Source: Lytechinus pictus
Lineage: Eukaryota
Assembly (NCBI RefSeq): GCF_037042905.1
Contig: NC_087251.1
Span: 7,442,001 to 7,506,000, forward strand
Direction of reading: 5' to 3'
DNA length: 64,000 nucleotides
The translations under genes and the position numbers were made by a program. Under the pieces are notes generated by a model, which worked only from the letters and a program-made list of their open reading frames with translations, was not told the origin of the DNA and ran no database searches. Below, piece by piece: positions 38,410 through 52,537 of the stretch; position 1 is the stretch's first letter, and every line of letters starts with the position of its first letter.

Positions 38410-39707
38410 GGGGAGACCGGGGTTAGTTGGAACATTTTTGACAGAAATGGCTGTAAAATCCAAATAGATTTTATTCGAGAAACAATCGATATATCAGCTT
38501 GAAGCATATATCTCAGGGCTTCAAATGTACCCCATAAAATTTTTAACTCCATTATGGTTACTGAAAAAATCCAACTTGAACAAGACCATCGCAAACGTTC
38601 CAACTTACCCCCATATCGGGGTAAGTTGGAACATGGTATGGGGTAAGTTGGAACACTGCATGGTCAATTAAGAACTATACTTAAACTACTTGAAACTGTA
38701 ATATCACATGGTTTTAGCCTATTTGCTTTATCTTATTCAAGTTCAAAATATTAAAGTGTGGATTCATTGAAATTTAGGCTTTCTATTATACAGCCACTCA
38801 CACAAGCAGACTGTGTAGTAGAATTCCGCATATTTGGGTGCATTTGAGTTTACATGCAATTAGGTGTACTCTCAGCAATTTCATGTACTTCTGCATCAAA
38901 TTTATAAGACAAAAATTAATTGTTTATATTTTTTTCATAATTAATTATGCAAATAAGCATATAAAATTTTCCTGAAATTTGCTTTTTTTGGTATGTTTTT
39001 GCCTTTAACTCTATTTATTAAGCTAGTAGCTAATTTTTGGTGAGAGTATCAATTTTCACATTTATAACAAATATCCACCAAAAATTCAAAAAATGTAATT
39101 TATTATGTATTTTTTTTTTTTTTTTAAAATTTGTATTTTTGTTTTCCGAACTTTGTTTTTTCCGATGGACTTTGTCAGGAGTCTTTTAGTATAAAGTATA
39201 AAATGAATCTATTTGAACCAGCAAAAGTAAATCATACATTTAAGACTTTTGGTTGAAAAATTATGATGTTTGATTATGATGTTTAGGGTAAGTTGGAACA
39301 TGTTCCAACTAGCCCCTTCAACTTTGTTCCAACTAACCCCGGAGGCCCATTTGACATTTATAAGCTTACAGCACAACAAAGGGACTTCACCATGGCATAT
39401 TAATAACCTCATTTTGTAGCTTGGTATAAGTGTCTATTATACCCCCAAACTGGCCAACTTGATCTATAAACTTCTCTGAGATAATCAAACATTTCTGAAC
39501 GAGAAAAAAATTACTCAGAAGGTCAAAAAACAAAAATTTGTTTCTAACTTCACCAGGCTTGTTGCACATGTGTTGTCTGTAATATGGTGGATGGCTCTTG
39601 ATAATGACAATAACTTGAGGGCAGTATTGCAAAAATTTATTTAAAGACGTTAAAGAAAATTACAATGTTTCAACTTACCCCATGTTCCAACTAACCCCGG
39701 TCTCCCC
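38410..39707. mobile_element. Non-autonomous TA-target (Tc1/mariner/pogo-like) element
   Basis: ta|ggggagaccggggttagttggaacat ... atgttccaactaaccccggtctcccc|ta, a perfect TIR. Internal reiterations of gggtaagttggaaca. Confidence 0.88.
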
Positions 39708-39749
39708 TACTCATGATCTTAATCTTCGATTTTCCAAAGTAGGGGGGGG

Positions 39750-40760
39750 TGCATTTTCTCAAGTAAAATTTGACAACCCCCCAAAAAAAGGTTATCACAG
39801 AAAAATGGTCATTTTGTCTCGCGTAAGATTTGACAAGTAAAACAAAAAAGATGGTTACTAAAAATAAAAGACTGTCATTTTGTCCGTGTAATATTTGGCA
39901 AGCCTCCCCCCCCCCCCCCAAGGTTAACATATCGGAGGCGCGATAGCTCAGTCGGTAGAGCGGGGGTTTCGGATTCCGGTGACCCAGGTTCGATTACCAA
40001 GTGGTGCGCTAGTGCCCTTTGGTAAGGCATTTATCCTCATTACCAGGTCCCTCGGAGAGGACCTTAAGCCGTCGGTCCCCTGGTTGCTTGCTCACAGGCA
40101 TTCGTGCTTGTTTAGCAGTCAGGTAAAAAATCTCGATATAACATAACATTAAAAAAAAGTGAAGGTCATTTTGTCCTGCGTGAAATTTTAAAAGTAATAA
40201 AAAGATGGTCACTAAAATTGAAGTTAATTTTGTTTGTGAAATATTTGGCAAGCCCCCCCCCCAAAAAAAAAAAAAGGTTTTAACTAAAAATGATTGAAGG
40301 CCATTTTGTTCTTCTTAAAATTTGTCAAGTATAAAAAAAAATCACTAAAAAATGAAGGTCATTTGTCCCACGTAAAATTTGACAAGCCCCCCCCCTAAAA
40401 AAAAAAAAATGAAAGGTAACTGATAATGATTGAAGATCATTTTTTTCTTGCGTAAAATTTTACAAAAAAAGTGTGTCACTATTTGGCGAGCCCCCTACCC
40501 CCCCCCAAAAAAAAAGGTTTAACTAATAATGATTGAAGGTCATTTTGTCTCTCGTAAAATTTGACAAATAAAAAAAAAGTTGTCACTAAAAAAAGAAGGT
40601 CATCTTGCCGCGCGTTATATTTGGCAAGCCCCCACCCCCCCCCTAAAAAAGTTTGTCATTAAATATAGAAAGTCATGTTGTTCAAAGTAAAATAAATTTG
40701 AGAAGCAAAAAAGAAAAGGACAAAAAAGAGCAAAGAATATGAACAAAATATCCCCATTAC
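39750..40760. repeat. Degenerate tandem array (gaaggtcattttgtc..gtaaaatttgacaag-C(n)-A(n)) interrupted by a SINE
   Basis: Recurring ~60/120-bp units. A hAT-like right end (gatctgccactg) lies at ~40917. Confidence 0.7.
39934..40130 (+). mobile_element. tRNA-derived SINE (family 2)
   Basis: A box TAGCTCAGTCGG, B box GGTTCGATTAC, non-tRNA body (gtgccctttggtaaggcattt...ttaagccgtcggtccc) and A tail. Confidence 0.82.
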
Positions 40761-41501
40761 AAATATTGCTGTGATTCTCATAAGGAGGTGGGGGGGGGGG
40801 ACATAACTTTGTACGAACGACATATTTTTTTTTACATCCAAAATATTGACTATGAATCTCAAAAGGTGGAACGGGCCAGAAATGCTCAACCACCCCCCCC
40901 CCCCCGATCTGCCACTGATTCCAATCGATAATGACTTTTCCCTGCAATACTGATGCTTGAAATCAAGATACTGAAGATTGATATATTGTAATATAAATTA
41001 TGAACGTCTGACAAAAAGATAACCAACCGATCACCTGACCGATCAGCAGACCAGTACGTGAATCACATCGGAGTTGATCAGTCCCCACAGCGTTTGGAAC
41101 GCTCACCAAGAATTCAAGAAAAAAGACTGAAAATGTAAGTTTAACCTCAATCCATTAACTTTTAACCATTGTAAAATAGATTATTTAAGATGTTAAGAAC
41201 TAATTTATACCAAAATTTTTACCATCCAATTTGTATTAAGGCGTACATTTGCCAAAGTCCTTGTGTGCAAATAGAAACGGCAATGTCTAACCGGTTTTAT
41301 CACTGATGTCGCCTATGAGGTCCATACATGTAATGTTGGACCTCATTCATGAGTCATTGGTACTAGGAGTGATCACACGTAACACGACAGGCAAAGACAA
41401 AGAAAGTCTCTCTGAATAAAAAGCGGTGCACAAAAATTGGTTGGTGGGACCGAGGCCGAGGGAGGTCAAAAAAATGATGAAATATTAAAGATAAAATATA
41501 C

Positions 41502-41590
41502 CTCTTTTGGGCATCGAGGCCCCATAGACGAATCTGCCTATCATACAACTCAGCCTCCTCTTCAGTTATCTGTAGGCCTAGATCAGACAT
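41502..41590 (-). CDS. SAE1: SUMO-activating enzyme subunit 1, coding exon 1 (MSDLGLQITEEEAELYDRQIRLWGLDAQK-R)
   Basis: The YDRQIRLWG motif is typical of the N-terminus of E1-like SAE1/NAE1 subunits. ATG at 41590; donor AG|GTATAT at 41501; 89 nt, phase 2, which fits exon 2. Confidence 0.95.
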
Positions 41591-41749
41591 ATTTTACGAA
41601 TGTTCCAAATATTTATTACCGGCGACTTTTAATTAGCCTCTCGACTGCGGTAACTGCACACATTGATATCAAACGAACGTAGAGGGCAGCAACACACTTG
41701 ACGGCAGCAACGGCAAGTCAGAGTTTGGCAGTGTTGCTTTGAACAGTCG

Positions 41750-42265
41750 GTGAATTATCGGATGGTCTAATACCACTTGGTCTACTTATCAGTTCGTCCA
41801 ACTTCACTGTCTAAACTCATTTCGTCTACAACCAGTTCGTCTAATATCCAATTCGTCTAATTTCCACTTGGTCTAATATCCAATTCGTCTAATGAGCAGT
41901 TGGGCTAAAACATGCATTTAGTCTAATTTCCAGTTGGTCTAACACCACTTGGTCTAATTTCCACTTTGGCTAATTTCCACTTGGTCTAATTTTCATTTCA
42001 TCTAATTTTCACATGGTCTAATGACCGTTTGGTGTCATTTCCACTTGGTCTAATTTCCATTTAGTCTAATTTCCACTTGGTCTAATATCCAATTGGTCTA
42101 ATGACTACTTGGTCTAATAGCCAAATACGGTCTTTGACCACTTGGTCTAATAGCCAAATCGTCTAATGACCACTTGGTCTTATCGCCAATTGGTCTAATA
42201 CCCAGTTGGGCTAATCGTCACTTGGTCTAATTTCCATTTGGTCTAATTCACACTTGGTCAAATGT
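41750..42265. repeat. Left arm of a foldback element: tandem ~16-bp units (ttggtctaatttccac)
   Basis: ttggtctaa recurs every ~16 bp (e.g. 42077, 42093, 42109). Confidence 0.9.
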
Positions 42266-42643
42266 CCATTTATACGTAGTGGATAAATATCATGCATCAG
42301 TTAATAGGCCTACATGTCGCCAGGATCCGTAGAGACGGGGAAGGGCTGGTGGCCCGGGCGCAAAACCTGCACCGTGAAAGACTATCGATGACGAGATAGT
42401 CGCTCATCAAATGAATTATTCCAATCAAATATAATTCTTATATAAGCCTACATATCGATTATATAGATGATGATATATCATACTCATAATCACTACATCA
42501 CCGCATGCACGGACGATACTTGAACTTGATGGAAAATAAGCAATAGTTATGCAGTTTGGGGGATTCCAAAAGTTACAAAGCCATTAGATCATGTAATATT
42601 GTTATAAATATTTTGTTAAGTTATTCCAATAGTTAGTTTGGAG

Positions 42644-42886
42644 CACGAGCGTACCTGCGGGGGGGGGCAGAGGGGCAGTCTGCCCCCCCCCCTGACGAGC
42701 CACAACCCATGCAAAGGACGTATCCCTGCCCCCCTGACGAGCTTGAAGACCCTTTTTTTTTTCTTTTTTTTTTGCTTGACCAATTTTTTTTCTGGTACGA
42801 AAACCTTCATTTGTGATTGAAGACCTTTTTTTTTTTTTTTTTTTTTTTTTTTGGCCCCCCTGTGAAAAATCCCAGGTACGCCACTG
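42644..42886. mobile_element. hAT-like MITE
   Basis: Ends cacgagcgtacctg / caggtacgccactg; exact 8-bp TSD gtttggag. Confidence 0.85.
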
Positions 42887-43414
42887 GTTTGGAGGCGAAT
42901 AACAGACCACTTAGATATAGTTTGATTACACTATTTAGGTTTATTGGGTTAGCTGCGACAACATCACGGCGACCATCTTGGTAGCAGCGATATAGACGTT
43001 TTAATAACATATAGTATAGTCGACGTTTGCGGACCTTTATCAGTTATCACCACAGTATAGTCATTCATCTTATATATCTCCCATATCTCCTCATTCTGTT
43101 TTTTGTTCTAACTCTTCGCCTCCTCCTTAAAATGGATTGGCATGGTTCCCAGCCCATCAAGGAAATCAGGGATTTTTAAACGTTTTTTCCCGTCATGGTA
43201 AAATCAGGGAATTTTGATCGGCCCAAAAGTCGAAAGCATCCATGGTCAGACTCTGTTATATTTTTTGTTGTATATTAAAACAACATTCATTGAACGACAT
43301 GTTATGGTGTTTTTTTAGTGTAGCCTAGCTGTTTTACTACCGTACAAGTAGGCCTACTGGTATATATAATTAAAAATAATAATAGGCTTACACGTAAAAA
43401 AATTAATAGATTTA

Positions 43415-44070
43415 GATTTATTTATTTCCGTTCAACAAAATAAACAATATAATCGAAGTAATAGTACATATTCAAAGAAATATAGACAATTGACATTTTA
43501 TAACAAATATAGAAAAAAACAATGCTTGATTATTGCTTGTATATAAGGCAAGTCCCTAAACTTAGTTTTAATACTTAATTAACAAAGCTATATACAATAA
43601 TGGAGACGGTAAAGACAAGTAATCTACAAAAAAAATCAAAATAAAGCGACAAAAAATAAGAGAAAGTGATTTGAATGATAAAAATAATAATGATAAATTC
43701 TAAGTATTATAATAAGGAGAATAAAGAGGGATGGAAAAAAGGATGGTGCAAATAAAGCTGAAAATAAAAAGAGGAACATGACAAGTGCACAGGTCATTGA
43801 GCATTGTAGTGTCATTATATGATATGTATATGATATTGGAGTAATTTATTGGTAGTTAGTTAAAAGTTTTAATACTTTTAGTTTAAGTTTTATGTTGGCT
43901 TGACTTGTTGTTGTGGAGTATTGACAAATTAACATTTTTTAAAGTTTACGTTTGAAAACATTAATACTTGGAGATTCTTCAAAGTCGTTGGGCAGAGAAT
44001 TCCAATACACTGGTCCAAAAAAGACGAAAGAGTTTTTTGCTAGTATAGTACGGGTTGGGGGTAGGTAATA
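43415..44070 (-). mobile_element. 3' fragment of a CR1/L2-group LINE
   Basis: The minus strand reads RTILAKNSFVFFGPVYWNSLPNDF...FKRKLK, homologous to the C-terminus of the LINE at 48.2 kb, followed by a 3' UTR. Confidence 0.75.
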
Positions 44071-44569
44071 ATAATACATGTAATTCACTGCAACAATTTA
44101 GAAAACATGAGAAACTGGGAATGGGTTTAAATAATTATCAAGGAATTTTTCAAACTTCTTCAAAGAAAATTTAAGGATTTTTTTTCTTGAAAAGCTTGGA
44201 ACCCTGATTGGGTGAAGCCAGTCGTTAACTATCTACAGTAGATTGTATACATAGAGGTGGATAAATAAACATCATATTTTTCCCACCTCAATTATCGTAT
44301 AAAAGCGTTATTTTACAGAAAAATAGCAAAATTTATTGTTTTCCCCCAAATCAAATCCTTCAAAAATCCCCAAAGTTTGTTTAATCTCCAAACGGTTTTT
44401 TTTTAATCTCCACAGGCTTTTGCAAATCCCCATATTTTTCAAACTTTGGGAATGGAAATATAGTCACTCTAACTGTACTCCAATATCGAGCAGCGCGCGT
44501 GTGAAGATTCGAAGCCGGCGCGTGGAAAGTTACTTTAAAAATTTCACCAGAAAATTGCAACTTTACAAA

Positions 44570-45070
44570 TTAGACCAAGTGGCATGTAGACGAAATGAAT
44601 GTTAGACTATCTGGAAATTAGACCAAGTGGAAATTAGCCGAAATGGAAATTAGACCAACTGCACATTAGACCAACTGAATAATGGACCAAGTGAGGATTA
44701 GACCAACTGCAATATATACCAAATGAATGATGGACCAAGTGAGGATTAGACAAACTAGTATTAGACCAATCGACTATTAGACGAACTGGTATAAGACCAA
44801 ATGCAGTTAGACCAAGTGACAATAAAATACATTAGACGAAATGGCAATTAGACCAAATGAAAATTAGACCAAGTGACGATTAGCCCAACTGGGCATTAGA
44901 CCAGGTGGCTATTAGACCAAGTGGTCATTAGACCAATTTGCTATTAGACCAAGTGGTCATTAGACCAATTGGCTATTAGACCAAGTGGTCATTATAGACC
45001 AAAAGAGAATTGGACTAAGTGGGTTTAGCCCGAATGTTGTTAGCCCATCTGCTGATTAGACCAAGTGAAA
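44570..45070. repeat. Right arm of the same foldback: inverted ~16-bp units (gtggaaattagaccaa)
   Basis: Reverse complement of the left array, including matching variant units (aagtgacgattagcccaactggg). Confidence 0.9.
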
Positions 45071-45499
45071 TTGATTAAAATTTTCCATTCTTTATGTAGA
45101 AATGTCAACATTTTTCAGCTCGCGCTTCGCGCTTGCATTTTTGATTGTTGAAATATGTAACGTCTTCATGGCTAACTGCAAGCAGTCTTTAACAGGTAGG
45201 CCTACCTTTCCGATCAGTTCAAAACGTGTATACAAAAAATTTGCTCGCGCTTCGCGTTCGTAGTAATTATTGCAGGCACATCTTTTTTTTTCAGAATGTT
45301 CAAATTTTAGGAAAAAATACATACAATTTCAATATATTTATGTTGATTTAAAGAATAAAGCTAAGAAGTGACTTATAGGACTACCCCCTTCAAAGAAACA
45401 AACAAAAAATCATCTTCGAGCGGCCGATCGGGGAAAATATGGCTGGAAAAAAAATTCTGGGCCCCCCCCCCCCTATTGGCGAAGGCTGGATCCGCCCCT

Positions 45500-48400
45500 G
45501 ATGACGATACATTCTGCATAATGCATGCCAATATAAGAAGTTTAAATAAACATTTTGATGAACTTTATTTACTTTTGAATAACACTTCCAATTCTAAAAA
45601 ATGCCCCATTTTCTTTAATTGGCCTCACCGAGACATGGATATCATGTGATTCCAACCATCCATTTTCACTAAACGGATATGATTTCGTAATGAATAACCG
45701 AGAAGACAGACCTGGGTGTGGCGTAGCGTTCTATACTTCACATGACTATGACTATACGGTTTGTGATAATCTCAACTCCATGAACCCCATTGTAGAATCT
45801 CTATTTATTGAAATTAATATTCCTGGTAGCAAAAATATGATTATTGGTGTAGTTTATAGACCCCCAAACTCAAATACGAATGACTTTCTAACTTACCTTT
45901 CCGAAACAACAAATAATCCAGCTCTCGTATAAGGATGTAGTATTTATAGGTGATTTTAACATTGATTTATTGAAACACAACAATAGGCCTATATCTCAAG
46001 ATTTTCTTGAAACTTTTTTTTTTCGGCCTCCTTGCCACTGCATTCTAAACCTACTCGTGTAGTTAATGAAACTGCTATACTTATTTACAATATTTTCTGT
46101 AACATTCTCCCTCCTCCCGATTCGTCTATAATACTTTTTGACATAACGGACCATTTCCCGATTCTTACTCATTTTTCATTTAGACGACCAACTAGACCGA
46201 TACAATCCCAACAACGAAGACCTACGCACGAAAATACAGCCAGTTTAGGTGCTTCTTTGGATAAGGTCGACTTGTCAGTTGTATACAATTCTGTAGATGT
46301 TGATGCGTCTTTTAACCTTTTTATGAATATAATTAATGAGAAATTAGACCTGCATATACCGTTAAAAAAGGACAAGCGTAGTACATATAAAACGATTTCT
46401 AAGTCACCGTGGATATCGCCATCTATTTTACGTTCGAATAATAAAAAAAATTACTTATTTTATAAATTCAAAATGAAAGGTACACAACAATAAAAAATAA
46501 AATACACATCTTATAAGAATACACTCACGAAAATATTACGCATTGAAAAGAAAAATTACTTTGCTAGGCAGTAATTGGCTCTATATATAAACACGACATG
46601 CAAAACACATGGAAGGTTCTAAAACAGACCATAAACTTATCCAATAATAAATCAAATATTTCCAAAATTAGATTTAATAATGCTATTGTTGATGATGGTG
46701 ACAACCTTTCAAATATTTTTAATAACCATTTCTCTTTTATTGGCGCAAATCTGGCTATAAAGATATCCCTCCCGCGACAAAAAGTTTTTCGGACTTTCTC
46801 GGCCCGCCTAACCCAAATTCAATATTTTTTGCTCCAACATATAATCAAGAAGTTATTTATATTGTATCTGGTTTGAAAAATAAAAAAAGCCCTGGCTTTG
46901 ATGAAATTAATAATTTCATTTTAAAATCCGTAATAAATTCTATTGTTTCCCCGTTGGTGCATATATTTAATCTTTCCTTAGAAAATGGTACAGTTCCAAA
47001 TCAAATGAAGATAGCCAAGGTAATTCCTTTATTTAAAAAGGTGATAAATTGGATGTCAGTAATTACCGACCTATTTCTCTTTTGTCCACATTTTCTATAA
47101 GATCCTTGAAAGAATAGTATACGTTAGAACCGAAATTTTTTTGTCAATGCATAATATTTTATCTGATGTTCAGTTTGGGTTTCGCGAAAAGCACAACACC
47201 ACTCATGCCCTGATGAATTTTGTCAACAAAGTAGTCAATGCTCTCGACAAATCTAGTCACCTTGTGGGTATTTTCCCGGACTACTCTAAGGCCTTAATTC
47301 GATACCATCAATCATGAAATCCTTCTTAAAAATATATCTCACTATGGTGTGCGAGGGAAGGCCTTGGAGTGGTTCAGGAGCTACTTATTCAACAGACAAC
47401 AATACGTGTTTGTTAAAGATCACAACTCCAATTTGAAATATGTTAACTGTGGTGTCCCTCAGGGTAGCTTATTGGGCCCGCTTCTTTTCACAATTTATAT
47501 AAATGATTTCTGTAGATCTTCCAAAATCTTGTCCCTTATCTTGTTTGCAGATGATTCGACCTTATTTTTTTCTCATCGGAATCCACAAACTTTAGTTGAT
47601 GTTATTAATGTTACTGAATGGATAAGAGCCAATCGATTATCTTTAACCTTAACAAAACAAAATACATGTTATTTAGTAATTACATAGACAAGTTACCGAT
47701 GAACATTATGTTTGATAATACCCCATTAGAAATGGTAACGTACACCAAATTTCTTGGAATAACAGTTGACAGTAAACTTTCTTGGAAAAATCATATTGAA
47801 AATATATCCAAAATAATTTCACGAAATATAGGTATTATTAATAGGCTAAAATTGTGCATTCCCTCCACACCGTTAATCATGCTTTACTCATCCTTAATTT
47901 TGCCTTATTTAAACTACGGGATTCTTATTTGGGGTAATACCCATCAATATTTATTAGATAAGTTGTTACTTTTGCAAAAGAAAGCACTTCGTATTATTTA
48001 TAGTACAGCTTTCCGTTCTCATACGGACCCACTTTTTCTAGAAAGTAAACTGTTAAAAGTCAAAGACCTGTATTTACTACAGTTGGGGCACTTCATGTAT
48101 AGTTATAATAATAATGATCTTCCCCATATTTTTGATGCCATGTTCCCTAAAAATCAATTTTATTATAACTACCCCATGAGACACTCTGGCGAACTTCATA
48201 CACCACTTTACAGAACTTTACTGGCCAAAAATACATTCCTATTCAACGGTCCTAAATTCTGGAACTCCCTATCTAATAATGTTAAAGACAATGTCTCTTT
48301 AAATTCATTCAAAGGTAAACTCAAACTTATCCTGCTTCATTCCTATAATTCTTCGCAACGGAACTAGCACTTCATTATCTTGATTATCATCCTTACATTT

Positions 48401-48995
48401 TTCATTTTTATTGTTTTATCTTGTTTTCATCTTATATTGTCCAGTTATATCATTTTTTGTTACTTCACCAGATCAAGCTGGTTTGTGGTCAGCCCTTCCC
48501 CATTCTGACTTTTCCTCCTTTTAATTTTGTTTTACTTATTATGTTATCATGTCTTGTACTGTCCTGTCTCTTGTTTTGTCTTGTCTTCTATGTCTTGTCA
48601 TTCCCCCTCTTTTTCTGCTTTTTCTTCTGTCTATTGCGCAACATATCCTTCACAGCGAAGACCTCTTTGTGTGAATAACTTTGCACTTGTTCTGTAATTA
48701 TGCTTACATCAATATGATTTCGACCTTTTTGTTCCTTCTCTTTTTTCTTTCCCGCATATATGAATAAGTCGATTATATTTTCTTCATTTCCAAGGGGGAT
48801 CCACACTTTACAAGCTTTGCTTTTTAGTGGACCCCCCTCATTTCCATTTATGCTCAATATTATACTGTTTTTTTGTTTTACGAAGTAAGAATGCTCGTCT
48901 GTAAAATTGTATTTGATTTGTATTACTTTATATTACCTTGTAGGCCCTATTATGTTTTGAATGGAAATGGAATAAAGAATTGAATTGAATTTGTA
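45500..48995 (+). mobile_element. Decayed 5'-truncated CR1/L2-group LINE (APE + RT, ORF2 only)
   Basis: Motifs HANIRSL, GVVYRPPN, GDFNIDLL, TDHFPI, KSPGFDEI, GVPQGSLLGPLLF, LFADD, KFLGITVD; several frameshifts; 3' aataaa and (ttgaa)n tail. Confidence 0.93.
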
Positions 48996-50072
48996 TGTTT
49001 CCCCGCCCCCCAAATGTTATTTTGCCTCCCCCGAGGTTAAAAATCCTGGTGCCACCATTGCCCCTGTCCCCATAGCACTTATGGCCCCGGAAAGTCCTAC
49101 AACCGACAACAAAAAAGAAAAGATGAAAGAAAAGGAAAGGAAGATGTAAGATATGATGTTATTTTCTGAATACCATGTCAAAATTAATCTCAAATGTAGA
49201 TTCTCATGAAAAGCTGAAGTTTTCTCTCGCTCGCTTCGCTCGCTCGGGACTTAAGCAACTTTTTGCTGCACGTGCCATGCTTTGCCCCCTCTCATTTGTA
49301 CTTATTACGCATTGAGCTTCGCCCTAATGCTCGGGGCACAATCATCATACCATGACATGATCGGGAAATTTATGGCTCTTAATTGCCCCCCCCCCCCTGG
49401 CCACTGACCCCTGTTACGCCCCTGTAAACATAATAATGCTTGTGCAAAGCGCGAGCTGAAATTTTTAGTACACTGGCAGGAATGGAAAACATTAAGCACT
49501 ATCTAACGTGAAGGAGAATTGTGGAGAAAATATTGATCTCACTAAATATATGATGTGAGCGCGAAGCGCGAGCTAAAAATTTTCTTTACTGCATGAAACC
49601 GGGACATCATTATCACTGTCGGTACAGAAGCGCAAGCTGACAACTTATTGGCCCGTATTCTGAATTTTTTTATTCAGATGGAAATAGCTGCATTTTCAGC
49701 TAAATTTTCAATATGCGAACGAGAAGCGCGAGCTGATTTTTTTAGATTAAATTTTAGACCGTGACTTTCTAATCATTGTCGGTAGCCTATACAGAGAGCT
49801 CCCCACGGTCGCATTTTAATCACAATTTAATGACAATTGTATGCATTTTGACCCCTGATTTTGACATTATTTTTCCTACAAAGAAAATGGAACTCACAGA
49901 CCGAGCACTGAACAAGGAACATGGAGCAGTTGGAACAGACCTGCGTGACCCGACAACCCCCGACAGTTTGTCATTTTGCCGACAACATGGACAAGCGTCA
50001 GTCCAACAGCCCTACGGCTTGCGTAACAGACAATCTATAAATTTTCCAACATCTCACACTCCGCATCTTTAA

Positions 50073-50219
50073 AGGGGAATCCAGCCTTGGCCATCAGCGG
50101 CGTAACAGGGGTCGGTGGCCAGGGGGGGCAAGAGCCAAAAATTTCCCGGTCATATCATGGAACAGGCAATGGCGTCATAAGGCAACAATTTTGAGGGGGC
50201 GATATGGCGTATCGGGCAA

Positions 50220-50250
<31 letters not shown>

Positions 50251-52229
50251 CGAGCGAGCAAAAACTTTTGACATTTTTATTGTAAAAATCCAATTTTGTG
50301 ATAGATTTTGACATAATGTTAAAAAGATGATATCATATTTCACCCTTCTATCTTTCCTTTTTTCTCTCTTTTTTTGTACGCCACGGTGAACAGGATTTTT
50401 GTTATGATTGTGAGCATCAGGGCGAAGCTCTATATTCTCGAGGGGGCCGAGTATGGCGCTTCTGGCAAGAAGTAGCTTAATATAGGTCCCGAGCGAGCGA
50501 AGCGAGCGAGATAAAAAAATCACCTTTTCATGAGAATCTAACATGAAGATAGATTTTTACGTGATATTCAGAAAAATATAATACACTTTCCTTTCTTTCC
50601 TCATTTTTGTTTGTTTGGTTGTAGAACTTTTGGGGGCCATGGTCCAAACTCATCCATATAACAATGCTTTATGGGTGGGGTCCAGGGCAGAACCCCGGAA
50701 CCTCTTGATATCAAAGCCATTTTAAACCTTACAGATGGCCACTTATTTTAATCAAATTGCGTGTATATTTATATAGCTTTAACACAACACATAAATTCAA
50801 GTGTGTATCGGAATCATCCAAATATTGTGAGGGGCACACCATAGCAAATGTGGGAAAATTTGTAAAAAGTCGCCAGCGAGCGAAGCGAGCCAGAAAAAAA
50901 TGGCCTGTTAAAATGAAATTCTAATTATGTGATAGATTTTTACATCATTATAGCAAATATCATGTCATATATTTTTTTTTCATTCATCTCATTTCGCTGC
51001 CTTCTTTATTTTCTTTTATTTCCTTCTGGCTGTGGAACCACCCCCGGTACGCCAGTGCTTCAACGTAAAGCTTAATGCAGGAAGGGTCCATATAGGGGCC
51101 CGTTATAGAACCCATTAAAGGTTACAGATGAAGAGCCCCCACTGCACGGGGTCTAATTGACTCTTGGACAGAGCCTTCGGAGATTTAGCAAGTTTTATGA
51201 TAGACTTTCATACGACATTATGCTATATACCATCCATTTTTCTTCCCGCTCGTTATCTCAATCCTCGGCAGCCCGGTAGTGTACGTTATCTTGTCCCTAT
51301 TTATTTTCCCATTTAGATTTTGGCTAATTCCATTCTGCCTTTATTTCCCGCTTTTGTTTGCCTTTTTGTCATCTTTAATTTATTTCCCTGTCTTACTAAT
51401 CATGCTAATGTATTTGTATATCGGGGCGAATTGTTCTTTCTCACTTGTTCTTTTTTCCTTCCTTTTCCCGTTATCTTTCCGTTTTCCCTTTTTTAAGTTT
51501 TTTCTTAGTTTTCTTTTCCCTTTTCCTTTCCCTTTCCCTTCCCTCCCCCCTTTTTTTTCTTTTTCCCGTTTTTTTTTTATTTTCCCGGTGAGCTCCGCCA
51601 GGGGGGGCAGCTTGCCCCCCCTGCCCCCCCGCCTGTTACGCCACTGTTGGCCATAAAATGTTGTGTTGGGAAGGAGAAAAATAAATTAAACAGAATGGTG
51701 AAAGTTTGACAGAAATCGGTCAAGCAATAAGAAAGTTATAGCTGCTTTAAAATTGAGATCATTAATACTATGTAGATTTAAAATTGGCAACTGGGTAAGT
51801 AAATTATGACAAGGGGCAAGGATAACTTTCCCGTATAGGCCATGTACTTTATCATCAGGGATTTGTGGTTTTCTCCTAAGTACCCATTCCCCTGGGGCGG
51901 TAATCTAAATATAACCCATGCAGTATATTGTTTTATGTCCTCATGAAAGAAAAATATAATTTGAAATAAAACTTTTGGGAAAAATGACATTTTAGCCATA
52001 ATATGTATTGGAGTACATGGAAGAGTAGTCCTTGCCTTACATCACTATGCCATCCCATATGCGGCCAATTTGAAGTCTCCATGGGTATAGTGATTACCAA
52101 TATTTACAACTTTTACAAATTTATAACTTTCTTGTTGTTTGTCCAATATTGTTCAAACTTTCACCTATCAACTTGTCCGAATTTTCTTTTCCTTATAAAA
52201 ACAAGTTTTTATTTGGGTTGGATTCCCCT
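50073..52229. mobile_element. TTAA-target (Kolobok-like) non-autonomous element with a nested hAT insertion
   Basis: ttaa|aggggaatcca ... tggattcccct|ttaa. Confidence 0.82.
50095..51646. mobile_element. hAT-like non-autonomous element
   Basis: TIR cagcggcgtaacagg / cctgttacgccactg; exact 8-bp TSD ttggccat. Confidence 0.9.
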
Positions 52230-52537
52230 TTAATTACACCGACGCACAGCTACATAATTAAAACTAGCTTGTATACCCAATTCTCTTCTCTCTCCGATTT
52301 TCCTCCTTAATTCCCTTTTTTTCTTCCTCTTTGTCCCTTTCTTTCTTTTTCTTTCTGCCGCGTCCTTCCCTTCCTTTTTCTTTATTTTTTCTTTCTTTTT
52401 CTCTTCTTTCCCTTTTTCTTTCCTCTTTCTCCCTTCTTTTTTTTCCTTCTCGGCCTTCCCCCCATCATTTTCCAGATGGCAGCGCTGATTAACCGACGAT
52501 ATCGAAATTAGTGGGTGGGGGGGGGGGTGTCGCTTAA

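Noticed and set aside
41502..41590. Assignment to NAE1/APPBP1 or UBA1 instead of SAE1
   Set aside because: The 340-aa total length, the RAQNLNP motif and the C-terminal PxxNFFxxDG end fit SAE1/AOS1. NAE1 and UBA1 are much longer.
41678..41695. CTCF-like motif gtagagggcagca upstream of SAE1
   Set aside because: It is only a partial match, and similar agagggcg strings occur elsewhere (688, 34362, 56926). It cannot be supported without a PWM scan or ChIP data.
41750..42265. CRISPR-like appearance of the short periodic repeats and of the 157-bp arrays
   Set aside because: There are no unique spacers and no cas genes, and the context is eukaryotic with introns. These are tandem repeats within transposons.
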